From a virus (taxonomy: Duplodnaviria > Caudoviricetes), in the IMG/VR virus record IMGVR_UViG_3300020594_000010, positions 1 to 31,682 of that record: a stretch of DNA of 31,682 bases; one strand, given 5' to 3'. Below, piece after piece: positions 18,889 through 26,465 of the stretch. Position 1 is the stretch's first letter, and every line of letters starts with the position of its first letter. The notes below the pieces were generated by a model. That model made no database searches, was not told the DNA's origin, and saw nothing but the letters and a program-made list of their open reading frames with translations. The translations under genes were made by a program, and so were the position numbers.

Positions 18889-21800
18889 ATGTCGATCGTT
18901 CTGGAAGTAAGCTCGCCGGGTCCGGAAGGCCGTGGGCTGAAGCCGGCCGGCGCCTATGACAGCACCAAGTCCTATGTCATGGACTCCCTGGTTCGCGTCG
19001 GAAATGTCCAGTGGCGCGCGCTGAAGGACGTTCCTGCCGGCAATGCGCCGGCAGAGAATTCTTATTGGACGCTGTTCTTCGACGGCGAGGCCGCGCAGGA
19101 TGCCGCCCAGGGGTTCGCGCAAGATGCCGAGGCGGCCCTGACGTCACTCCTGACCCAATACCTCGGCGATTTTGCCGACGATGCATCTGCCGCGGCGTTC
19201 GCCGCGGGGCACGACCCTGTGCTGACCCTTGGCCCGGGCTCGATGTACTTCAACACGGCGCTCGGCAAGCTCCGTATTTACAACGGCTCGGTCTGGGCGA
19301 GCTATGACGCCGCCGCCCAGGCGGTCTTGCTGGCGCTCCTGGCCGTCTATGTCGGCGCCCACGCGACCGATCCGACGGAAGATGCCGCCGGCAATGAGCT
19401 CATCACCGGCGCGCTTTATTTCAACACCCCGACGGGAAAGCTGCGCATCAGGGACGGTGCGCACTGGGTTGCCTATGATGCGGCCGCCCAGGCCGTGCTG
19501 GTCGACCTCGTCAGCCGTTATCTCGGCGCATCGGCGGCGGACCCGACGGTAGATCCCGCCGGCAATCCGCTTGTGCTTGGCGCATTGTATTTCCACAGTG
19601 GCACCGGCAAACTGCGCGTGTGGAACGGTGCGGCCTGGGTCCCTTATGATTTGGACGCGCAAGCTGCAGTTGCGGCTGCGACCGCCCAAGCCAATGCCGC
19701 CGCCGCCGCCGCCGCGTCGGCCTTAGGTTCGATCACGACCATAACTGACCTCCTTAATTCCATTTCTGCATTGGCGCTTCTGGTCGCTGCCTATGCGTCG
19801 GCCGCGCAAGTGTCGGCAGCTTCTGCCGCCGCCGTCAGCCAGACCAGCCTTGCCGGCGTGACGAAGACGACGGCTCTTTCAACCACCATCAATGGCCTGT
19901 ACGTCTACAACCCGCGCCTCGATAGCGACGGCGGCGCGTGGCGGCACAAGATCAAGAAAACGTCCTATTACAACGAGACGTTGAACACGGCGACGCGCGG
20001 CGCGTCCGCCGCTTTCCCGGCCTCGGCGCAGTGGTTCTTCTCGACCGGCCTGCTTTCCTGCAATGACAATTCGAACCCGGCGACCGCGTCGCTTTGGAAG
20101 TCGTGGGACTTTACCGGCTATTCCGTCGCGACGGTGCGGGCGAAGAATGGCTATGTCGTCATCGGATGTACCACGGCAAATGGCACGTTTGAATTTGATC
20201 TAATCCTTGACAAGGTCTTCAATCGCACGAGCGCTGGCTTCTTTGTTGCGGATCAGAACGTTGCCAACTTCAAGCCTAGTACCGCTGTTTGGACAAGCCT
20301 TGGGTCGACGCTCTCGGACGGCGCATTGGCCGGAACGACGAACATTGTCACGTCTATTGCGATCACTATTCAACCGCTCACGCCGCTGAATCCGAACCGC
20401 TGCAATTTGCCGAATCCGAACATCGTCATCGCGACCAATGCGCTCAGCTCTGTGCGGTCTGACAACCGGGTCGTTCAAGGCAATTCCGGCGCGAACGCGG
20501 CGTCTCTCGACTTCATCGAAAGTGGAAGCGAACGCATTCTTATGGCCGTCGGCAGCAGCCATCTTTATGTTTTCGACAATGGCTGTCAGCACTCGAATTT
20601 TGTGGCAACGAACGACTACCTTTCGACCAACGCGTGGTTCCCGCCTGTTGTGAATAGCGGGTGCGCTGGCGGAAAGCTCCTTGTCGCCTGCAATAACGGC
20701 GCGGGGCAGGCCATGCAGGGCATCAAGGTCGTTCAGCGTGACCGTTGGCTGCAGTCCAACAGCATGGCCGCGATCATCGATCATCGAATCAATGCGGGCT
20801 GGGTTCCTTCGACGGCGAAGTTCGCCTTCGCCGAAAGCAGCGCCGATCTGAGCAACATCGTCGGCCCGACGACAAACCTTGCGGTTAATCCTGACTTTGG
20901 CACTGGCGATCTGACGGGCTGGACAACGGTAAGCGGATCGGGTCCTAACGCTCCGTCTGTGAGCGGCAATGTTGCTTACCTGCCAGCGTCGGCCTTCACG
21001 GGGGGTAACTTTGCTGAGATCGGCCAGGCTATCTCAACTGTCATAGGCGCAACCTACCGCGTTACGGCAGACGCAGTAGGCGGCAACGTTAATCTGAGAG
21101 TTGGGACTGCCTCAGGCGGCAATAACGTGCTGCCCAATACGGCGTTGACGGCTGGCGTAGCGCGGGTTGTTCATTTTGTAGCTACAGCGACTACTTCATA
21201 TGTAGATTTCTATCCGGCTGCTCTGCAAGGCGGAACGACTGGTGTCGACAATATCAAGATAGAGCTAGTCATCGCTGACCGCACGAACCTCGGCAACTCC
21301 GCGAACATCGTTGGTACGATCACGCGCTTTGTCGTCGCGACCGGCGCGGAGTTGGCGGCATATGGCGGGTTCACGAACCTCACGAACTACATCGACGTGC
21401 CGTACAGCGCCGCTCTCGACTTCGGCACTGGTGACATGTGCGCCATGGCGTGGGTAAATCGCACTACCACTGCCAGCAATGACTCCGTGTTTTGCTATGG
21501 AACCGGATCTAATGACAACACTGGCGGGTATTCCCTGCGCATCACGGCAACGACGATTGTTTTCTATTACGGGAGCACTTCATTCCCGGTTTCATACGTT
21601 CTTCAGCCAGGCTGGAACCAAGTAGCGTGGATGATCAGATCGGGGTTTGTCGAGATATACGTAAACGGGAAGCGCATTGGTCGCGGTTCCGGTGGAGCGC
21701 CAAGCCTATCTAAGACGAACGCAACTCTTCGTATTGGTTCTGAGTCTAATAGAACGGCTGGCGGCGGCGTCATCGGCAATGGGTTTTTCAATGGAACGAT

Positions 21801-23130
21801 TGCGCTCCCGCGCGTCGCCGCAGCCGCTCCGACCGCAGACCAGATTGCCTACATGTACGACACCGAAAAGGCGATGTTCCAGCCCGGCGCGAAGTGCCTG
21901 CTTGTCGGCAACCCGGCGAACCTCACGACGATCGACATTCGCCAGCCCGACTACGACCCGCAAACGGATCGTTTCGCCTATCCGGTGTTCGGTACGGGCG
22001 TGTCGATCTTCGAGGGGCCACTGATCCGGACGGGGTTCTTTCAGGCGTCTACGGCAAGCGCCAATGTAGTGACTGGTTCTGGCGCGCCCGGGGCTTCGAT
22101 CTGGACTGGCGTGGTGTTCAACGGATCGTCTGGTTCGCTAACGAACCAAAGTAATAGCGGCTGGGGCAACGGTCAGTACATGCCGTTTACCGAAAACGGT
22201 TCGAATGGCGCTCACTACATCAGATCGCAAGCTAACTGGGCGTCTCCGGCTGGCGCGAGCGTTTACGCCCTAGCTATAAAACCGGGATCGCGAGGCGAAG
22301 TATTTGTTGAGTTCAATAATTTGCTCAGCAACATCTATTGCAATTTGAATGACGGCAGCACGCGCCTGCCTGTAAATTGTACGTCTCTTGGAAGCTTCAA
22401 ACTTCCAGATGGGGTATGGGTGTTCCAATTCAGTTTTACATCAAACGGTGTGGCAACTGTGTTGCGTGTGCAAGGATCGAACGGAACCACTATTTCATAC
22501 TTCGGCGACAATGGTGTGTCTGGCCCAGCGTTCTACATGGGCGACGCCGTTCTAATGTCCGGGAGCGCGGCGCTGTCTGGCTTCATCTACGGCCTGACGA
22601 ACAATAATAACGTCAGCCGCGTTTCATTCTCCGATGGCATCCTTGCTATGGGCGATGGGGCTGGAATCAATACGATGTTCCCGTCGCTCGCTCTGCGCGA
22701 TCGGCTTCTGACGCAAATGCCAACGCCGGCCTATGATCCGCTGCACGCTGTTATCTCGATCAGCACAACGAATGCCACGCCGACGAACCTCGTTCTGCCG
22801 GTGCCGGTGCTCGAAGGGCAGTCACGGATGTTCTATGCCACGGTTGGCGCGGTGCAATATGGGCCGACGAAGACCGAAAAGGCGCTCTATGCGCCAATGG
22901 CTCGCATTGATCGTGACGTCGGCGGCAATGCCGTGGCGGTTCCTGCATCGCAGCCTGCGACGGCTACGATCTCTGAAACGACCAGCACTATGGACGTTCA
23001 GATGGCAGCGCTTGGAAGCGGCGATATCGGCGCGATGCCGGTTCTATCCGTGACCGGGAGGGCGGCCACGACGCTGGTCTGGACGGCGCAGATCGAGGTT
23101 GGGGCTGACAACTTCCAGATGGCGGCATAG
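18889..23130 (+). CDS. Large tail fibre / receptor-binding protein (~1413 aa) with repeats, CBM-like and LamG-like domains
   Basis: ATG 18889 after AAGGGG. N-terminal AYD.TKSY....LV....W motif, three repeats, Ala-rich stalk, LDSDGGAWR motif, NLAVNPDFGTGDLTGW (CBM4/9-like) and LDFGTGDMCAMAWV...GWNQVA...IYVNG (LamG-like). Confidence 0.8.
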   Translation: MSIVLEVSSPGPEGRGLKPAGAYDSTKSYVMDSLVRVGNVQWRALKDVPAGNAPAENSYWTLFFDGEAAQDAAQGFAQDAEAALTSLLTQYLGDFADDASAAAFAAGHDPVLTLGPGSMYFNTALGKLRIYNGSVWASYDAAAQAVLLALLAVYVGAHATDPTEDAAGNELITGALYFNTPTGKLRIRDGAHWVAYDAAAQAVLVDLVSRYLGASAADPTVDPAGNPLVLGALYFHSGTGKLRVWNGAAWVPYDLDAQAAVAAATAQANAAAAAAASALGSITTITDLLNSISALALLVAAYASAAQVSAASAAAVSQTSLAGVTKTTALSTTINGLYVYNPRLDSDGGAWRHKIKKTSYYNETLNTATRGASAAFPASAQWFFSTGLLSCNDNSNPATASLWKSWDFTGYSVATVRAKNGYVVIGCTTANGTFEFDLILDKVFNRTSAGFFVADQNVANFKPSTAVWTSLGSTLSDGALAGTTNIVTSIAITIQPLTPLNPNRCNLPNPNIVIATNALSSVRSDNRVVQGNSGANAASLDFIESGSERILMAVGSSHLYVFDNGCQHSNFVATNDYLSTNAWFPPVVNSGCAGGKLLVACNNGAGQAMQGIKVVQRDRWLQSNSMAAIIDHRINAGWVPSTAKFAFAESSADLSNIVGPTTNLAVNPDFGTGDLTGWTTVSGSGPNAPSVSGNVAYLPASAFTGGNFAEIGQAISTVIGATYRVTADAVGGNVNLRVGTASGGNNVLPNTALTAGVARVVHFVATATTSYVDFYPAALQGGTTGVDNIKIELVIADRTNLGNSANIVGTITRFVVATGAELAAYGGFTNLTNYIDVPYSAALDFGTGDMCAMAWVNRTTTASNDSVFCYGTGSNDNTGGYSLRITATTIVFYYGSTSFPVSYVLQPGWNQVAWMIRSGFVEIYVNGKRIGRGSGGAPSLSKTNATLRIGSESNRTAGGGVIGNGFFNGTIALPRVAAAAPTADQIAYMYDTEKAMFQPGAKCLLVGNPANLTTIDIRQPDYDPQTDRFAYPVFGTGVSIFEGPLIRTGFFQASTASANVVTGSGAPGASIWTGVVFNGSSGSLTNQSNSGWGNGQYMPFTENGSNGAHYIRSQANWASPAGASVYALAIKPGSRGEVFVEFNNLLSNIYCNLNDGSTRLPVNCTSLGSFKLPDGVWVFQFSFTSNGVATVLRVQGSNGTTISYFGDNGVSGPAFYMGDAVLMSGSAALSGFIYGLTNNNNVSRVSFSDGILAMGDGAGINTMFPSLALRDRLLTQMPTPAYDPLHAVISISTTNATPTNLVLPVPVLEGQSRMFYATVGAVQYGPTKTEKALYAPMARIDRDVGGNAVAVPASQPATATISETTSTMDVQMAALGSGDIGAMPVLSVTGRAATTLVWTAQIEVGADNFQMAA
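19159..19665 (+). repeat. Three tandem ~57-63-aa repeats in the tail fibre N-terminal region
   Basis: Units start at 19159, 19348 and 19519. Shared pattern Y(L/V)G...G(A/S)(L/M)YF....GKLR(I/V).(N/D)G..W..YD..AQA. Confidence 0.85.
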
Positions 23131-23138
23131 GAGCGATC

Positions 23139-23759
23139 ATGCTTGACGTGCTCTACAAGGACTTCGTTCGTCGCTGGACGCTGGTCGACGGCTTTCCTCA
23201 ATGCATCGAGGACGCGGTGCCCAGTTACTCAACTGTGGCAATGTCGGCGCTTCAGCGCAATGCGGCCATTCAAGCGGCTTTGACCGCTGTCGAGGCATTC
23301 GAGGCGGATCCTGAGAGTGAAGTGTCCGATGCTACCCGGGCGCTGGCGCTCTGGCGCACACCACGGCCCGAAGATGGCTTGGACGAACGACCTACCTGGG
23401 ACGCGGCTCGTGCGACCGTAGAGGCGGCGATCGATACCGCTGCGGCAATCCCACTCTCGGAAGATCCGCGGCCGCTGCCGCAGTCGGTCTCTGTCCGCCA
23501 GTTCGCCCAGGCGGCCGCCCAGCTCGATCTGATCACCCCCGACGAGGCGCTGGCCTGGGCGAAGCGTGAGGCCCTACCGGCCATCATGGAACAGATGCTG
23601 ACGGCCATCCCGGATCAATATCGCTGGGAAGGCCGGATCATGCTGGAGGGCGCGTCAGCCTTCGAGCCGGGCAATGAGTTCGTCACGATGTTCAGCGTCG
23701 TGGCCAATGTGCCAGATGACGTGCAGGGCCAGCTCTGGCGCCTTGCCGCCTCGCTTTGA
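23139..23759 (+). CDS. Putative tail fibre assembly/chaperone protein
   Basis: 206 aa with AGGAG RBS directly after the fibre gene. C-terminal PQSVSVRQFAQA...LWRLAASL pattern typical of fibre-adjacent proteins. Confidence 0.6.
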   Translation: MLDVLYKDFVRRWTLVDGFPQCIEDAVPSYSTVAMSALQRNAAIQAALTAVEAFEADPESEVSDATRALALWRTPRPEDGLDERPTWDAARATVEAAIDTAAAIPLSEDPRPLPQSVSVRQFAQAAAQLDLITPDEALAWAKREALPAIMEQMLTAIPDQYRWEGRIMLEGASAFEPGNEFVTMFSVVANVPDDVQGQLWRLAASL

Positions 23760-23895
23760 GAAGTTTCAGGCGGCGGTGAGGCCACTCTCCGCCGCCCGAA
23801 ACCCTCCCATGTCGCTGGTTCCCCGTGTCTCGCGTGAGAACCGGGGTCGACCGTAGTCCGGCGATCATTGCCGCCCCGTTAATCGAGTCTGATCC

Positions 23896-23918
23896 GCCGC
23901 CTCTGAGGCGGCTTTTTT
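23896..23918 (+). terminator. Rho-independent terminator between tail genes and lysis cassette
   Basis: GCCGCCT-ctg-AGGCGGC followed by TTTTTT. Confidence 0.8.
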
Positions 23919-23941
23919 ATTGCCCGAAAATTGGAGAGCTC

Positions 23942-24172
23942 ATGCGCTTCGAACTGATCGAAGACTGGCGGCGCGTGCTTAAGCGCGCCTGGTCGATCCG
24001 CCTCATCTTGCTCGCCGGCCTGCTGTCCGGGGCAGAAGTCCTCATTCCGATCTTCACCGACGATCCGCCGCTGCCGCGAGGCGTGTTCGGCGCGCTGTCG
24101 TTCTTCGTCACCGCGGGCGCGTTCATCGCCCGCATTCTCGCGCAGAAGGATGAGCCCAATGGCGACCAGTAG
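23942..24172 (+). CDS. Putative holin (two transmembrane segments)
   Basis: GGAGAG RBS, 76 aa. LIEDWRRVLKRAWSIRL N-terminus, two hydrophobic segments. Overlaps the endolysin start. Confidence 0.75.
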   Translation: MRFELIEDWRRVLKRAWSIRLILLAGLLSGAEVLIPIFTDDPPLPRGVFGALSFFVTAGAFIARILAQKDEPNGDQ

Positions 24173-24626
24173 ATTGAAAAAGAGCGCCTATGCAGCCGGC
24201 TTGGCGACGGCGCTCGTGACGAGCGTCGAAGGCGTGCGCCAGGTGGCGTATCCTGATCCAGCGACGCGCGGCGAACCGTGGACGGTCTGCATGGGTCATA
24301 CCGGCGGCGTGAAACCCGGCGACCGCTACAGCCTCGACGAATGCAAGGCGATGCTGGTCCGCGATCTCGAAACCTATGCACTGGGGATCGAGCGTTGCGT
24401 TCGCGTACAGATGCCGGACCCGCGCTATGTGGCGTTGGTATCCTTTGCCTACAACGTCGGCGTCGGCGCTGCCTGCAAATCGAGCGTGGTCCGCCTCATC
24501 AATGCGGGCCAGACGGCGGCCGGCTGCAATGCACTGATGGGCTGGAACAAGGCGGCCGGCATCACTTTTCCCGGTCTGACGCGCCGACGTGAGCGCGAAC
24601 GCGCCATGTGCCTACAGCCGTCGTGA
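24159..24626 (+). CDS. Endolysin, GH24 lysozyme with probable N-terminal SAR segment
   Basis: EG...AYPD.....WTVCMGHT catalytic E/D/T pattern, ALVSFAYNVG and GLTRRRERE. Weakly hydrophobic N-terminus after KK. ATG 24159 follows AAGGA. Confidence 0.92.
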   Translation: MATSRLKKSAYAAGLATALVTSVEGVRQVAYPDPATRGEPWTVCMGHTGGVKPGDRYSLDECKAMLVRDLETYALGIERCVRVQMPDPRYVALVSFAYNVGVGAACKSSVVRLINAGQTAAGCNALMGWNKAAGITFPGLTRRRERERAMCLQPS

Positions 24627-24638
24627 TCGGAAGCGACC

Positions 24639-25079
24639 ATGCTCGACTGGACCCAGTGGTTTCAGAATATTGGCCACATCTTCACCGGCTGGACGATCGG
24701 CGCGCTGCTGATCGCTGGCGGTGCAGCGGCATGGTTTCGCGTGCCGGTCTTCGGCCATTACATCGGTGCGGCCGGCATTGCCGCCGGCGCTGCGCTGATC
24801 TGGGGCGCCGTCCAATACGATGCCGCCGCCGGTAATTGCAAGGAAGCGATCGTCCGCGCGCAGCTCGCCAGCAGCCAGGCGCGGGTCACCGAGCTCGAGC
24901 GCCAGATCGATGATGGCAAAAAGATCCTAGCTGACGCGGCCGACCGCGTGGCGAAACTCGCCGTCGAAACCAACGCCGCCAACAAAAAGGCACAGGACTA
25001 TGAGGATCAGCTTTCCAAGGCCAGCAAGAATGACGATTGCCCTCTCGACGATGATCTGTGGAAGCGCCTGCGCCCCTGA
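24639..25079 (+). CDS. Putative i-spanin (Rz-like)
   Basis: N-terminal hydrophobic segments, coiled-coil middle and C-terminal Cys (DDCPLDD). Follows the endolysin. Confidence 0.75.
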   Translation: MLDWTQWFQNIGHIFTGWTIGALLIAGGAAAWFRVPVFGHYIGAAGIAAGAALIWGAVQYDAAAGNCKEAIVRAQLASSQARVTELERQIDDGKKILADAADRVAKLAVETNAANKKAQDYEDQLSKASKNDDCPLDDDLWKRLRP

Positions 25080-25296
25080 TCCTGAGAAGCTCGATCCCGC
25101 CTCGCCGAAAGAGCAGCGCGTGGCCTTGCCGGCAGCGCCTGCCGACTTCGGCAAGCCGGTGCCGATCCCGGCCCGCACGAAGGATGCCCGCGTCTGGGCC
25201 GTGCGCGCCCGCGGCGCGATCGACACCGCCAATGGCCGACTGAAGAACGATGGCCAGTTCTATCGGGACGTGCAGCGAGATTTCGGCAGGCCGTGA
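25000..25296 (+). CDS. Putative o-spanin lipoprotein (Rz1-like), overlapping the i-spanin 3' end
   Basis: Basic n-region, hydrophobic stretch and lipobox-like GSA-C (Cys24). Pro-rich linker. 80-nt overlap in the +1 frame. Confidence 0.7.
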   Translation: MRISFPRPARMTIALSTMICGSACAPDPEKLDPASPKEQRVALPAAPADFGKPVPIPARTKDARVWAVRARGAIDTANGRLKNDGQFYRDVQRDFGRP

Positions 25297-25325
25297 TGCA
25301 CAGGGCCGGTGGCGGGGAGGGAATA

Positions 25326-25643
25326 GTGCCAAACACCTTGGTTCTGGATCAGGCTGACGTGGAACGAATGATATCGGCTGCGGCCAACCGCGCAGCGAAA
25401 GAGGTTGCCGAACAGGCCCTCGGCCGCGACGACGTCGACGAGATGATTGAGCACGGCATCGGCCGGTTCCTGGAGCGTGTCGGCATCGACGATATCCCCG
25501 AGTTCCGTAAGGACCTAACGGCCATGCGCGCCGCGCGGGAGACCCGCGAAGCGCTCATCAGTCATGGCCTGAGGGCGGTCGTCACCATCCTCGTCGGCGG
25601 CATCGTCACCGCCGTCTGGCTCGCGATCAAGGGGGCAAAATGA
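25326..25643 (+). CDS. Membrane protein with C-terminal TM helix (lysis-module associated)
   Basis: GGGAGG RBS before GTG 25326 (alternative ATG 25293). Helical N-terminus and TM AVVTILVGGIVTAVWLAI. Confidence 0.65.
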   Translation: MPNTLVLDQADVERMISAAANRAAKEVAEQALGRDDVDEMIEHGIGRFLERVGIDDIPEFRKDLTAMRAARETREALISHGLRAVVTILVGGIVTAVWLAIKGAK

Positions 25644-26119
25644 TGCTGTCAGCCAAGAGCGCTGCTGCCGTCTTCGTGTGGTCGATCGCAGGTATCATCG
25701 GCAGCGGCCTGTTCCTCTACGCTACGCCCTGGCTGGAGGGTCGCCTGGCGCCGATCCTGGTCGACCAGAGCGTCGAGATCGAGCCGGGCGATAGGACGCC
25801 GGGCAAGATGTGTTGGACGTGGAAATGGAACAAGGTCCGCTACGGCCGCCCGGTGTCGACATCCTGGTCGATATCGGTTGAAGGTACCTCGATCGCGTTT
25901 CCGGCAATCACGGAGCGCGAGCGCGACGGATCGATCGTCCGCGATACCAAGCCGGCGCCACTGGGGCCGGGGCAGAACGACCTCTGCGCCAGGATCCCGG
26001 CCGATCTCGACAAGACGACCGGACTGACCATTCGCGGCCAGATCAACTACAGCGTGCCGCACGGCCTATGGACGCTCTGGCAGGAACTGCCGGTGGTGAA
26101 GGTGCCGCCGCTTCCGTAG
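25640..26119 (+). CDS. N-terminally anchored hypothetical protein with beta-rich extracytoplasmic domain
   Basis: 159 aa, ATGA-coupled to the previous gene. N-terminal TM and two Cys. Confidence 0.65.
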   Translation: MMLSAKSAAAVFVWSIAGIIGSGLFLYATPWLEGRLAPILVDQSVEIEPGDRTPGKMCWTWKWNKVRYGRPVSTSWSISVEGTSIAFPAITERERDGSIVRDTKPAPLGPGQNDLCARIPADLDKTTGLTIRGQINYSVPHGLWTLWQELPVVKVPPLP

Positions 26120-26260
26120 CCAGGGAACTCTAGAGGCGCCGCTGCATTACCCTGGCTCACGACAGCCCCCACCCTCTTTGCTGTCGTGGCTTTCGCCCAT
26201 CTCTTGGGCGTTCCTTATGACTTGGCCCCGCTACCGGTTTGACCGGGGCGGGGCTTTTTT
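26118..26260 (+). ncRNA. Candidate structured RNA / 3' element: four consecutive hairpins, two with pyrimidine-rich loops
   Basis: Stems 26118-26125/26150-26157, 26158-26166/26180-26188, 26194-26199/26205-26210, and terminator 26225-26254. Confidence 0.4.
26225..26260 (+). terminator. Rho-independent terminator ending the late operon
   Basis: GCCCCGC..CCGGT-ttg-ACCGG.GCGGGGC followed by TTTTTT. Confidence 0.85.
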
Positions 26261-26329
26261 GTCGTACCACGGGGGCGGCAGCTATGTTTGAGGGTATCTC
26301 GCGCCGATCATAAAATGAGTTTCGTAGTG

Positions 26330-26388
26330 GCAATTAATTGCTTAATATCTGTCTATTATCCACAGCTTAACGTATTGTATGTTATACT
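26330..26388 (+). promoter_or_regulatory. AT-rich promoter region of the cargo operon: palindrome, DnaA box, CtrA-like box, extended -10
   Basis: GCAATTAATTGC (26330-26341); TTATCCACA (26356-26364); TTAT-N7-TTAAC (26356-26371); TGtTATACT (26380-26388). Confidence 0.55.
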
Positions 26389-26465
26389 GACGCTGTCTAG
26401 AGTTTAAATATGCTACGGTCGCCAATCACCGATACGAAGCGCTAGCGGCTGTCTGGGGAAGAGTT

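Noticed and set aside
18889-23941. Diversity-generating retroelement or invertible fibre cassette
   Set aside because: No reverse transcriptase, invertase, near-identical TR/VR pair or inverted fibre fragment seen in the window.
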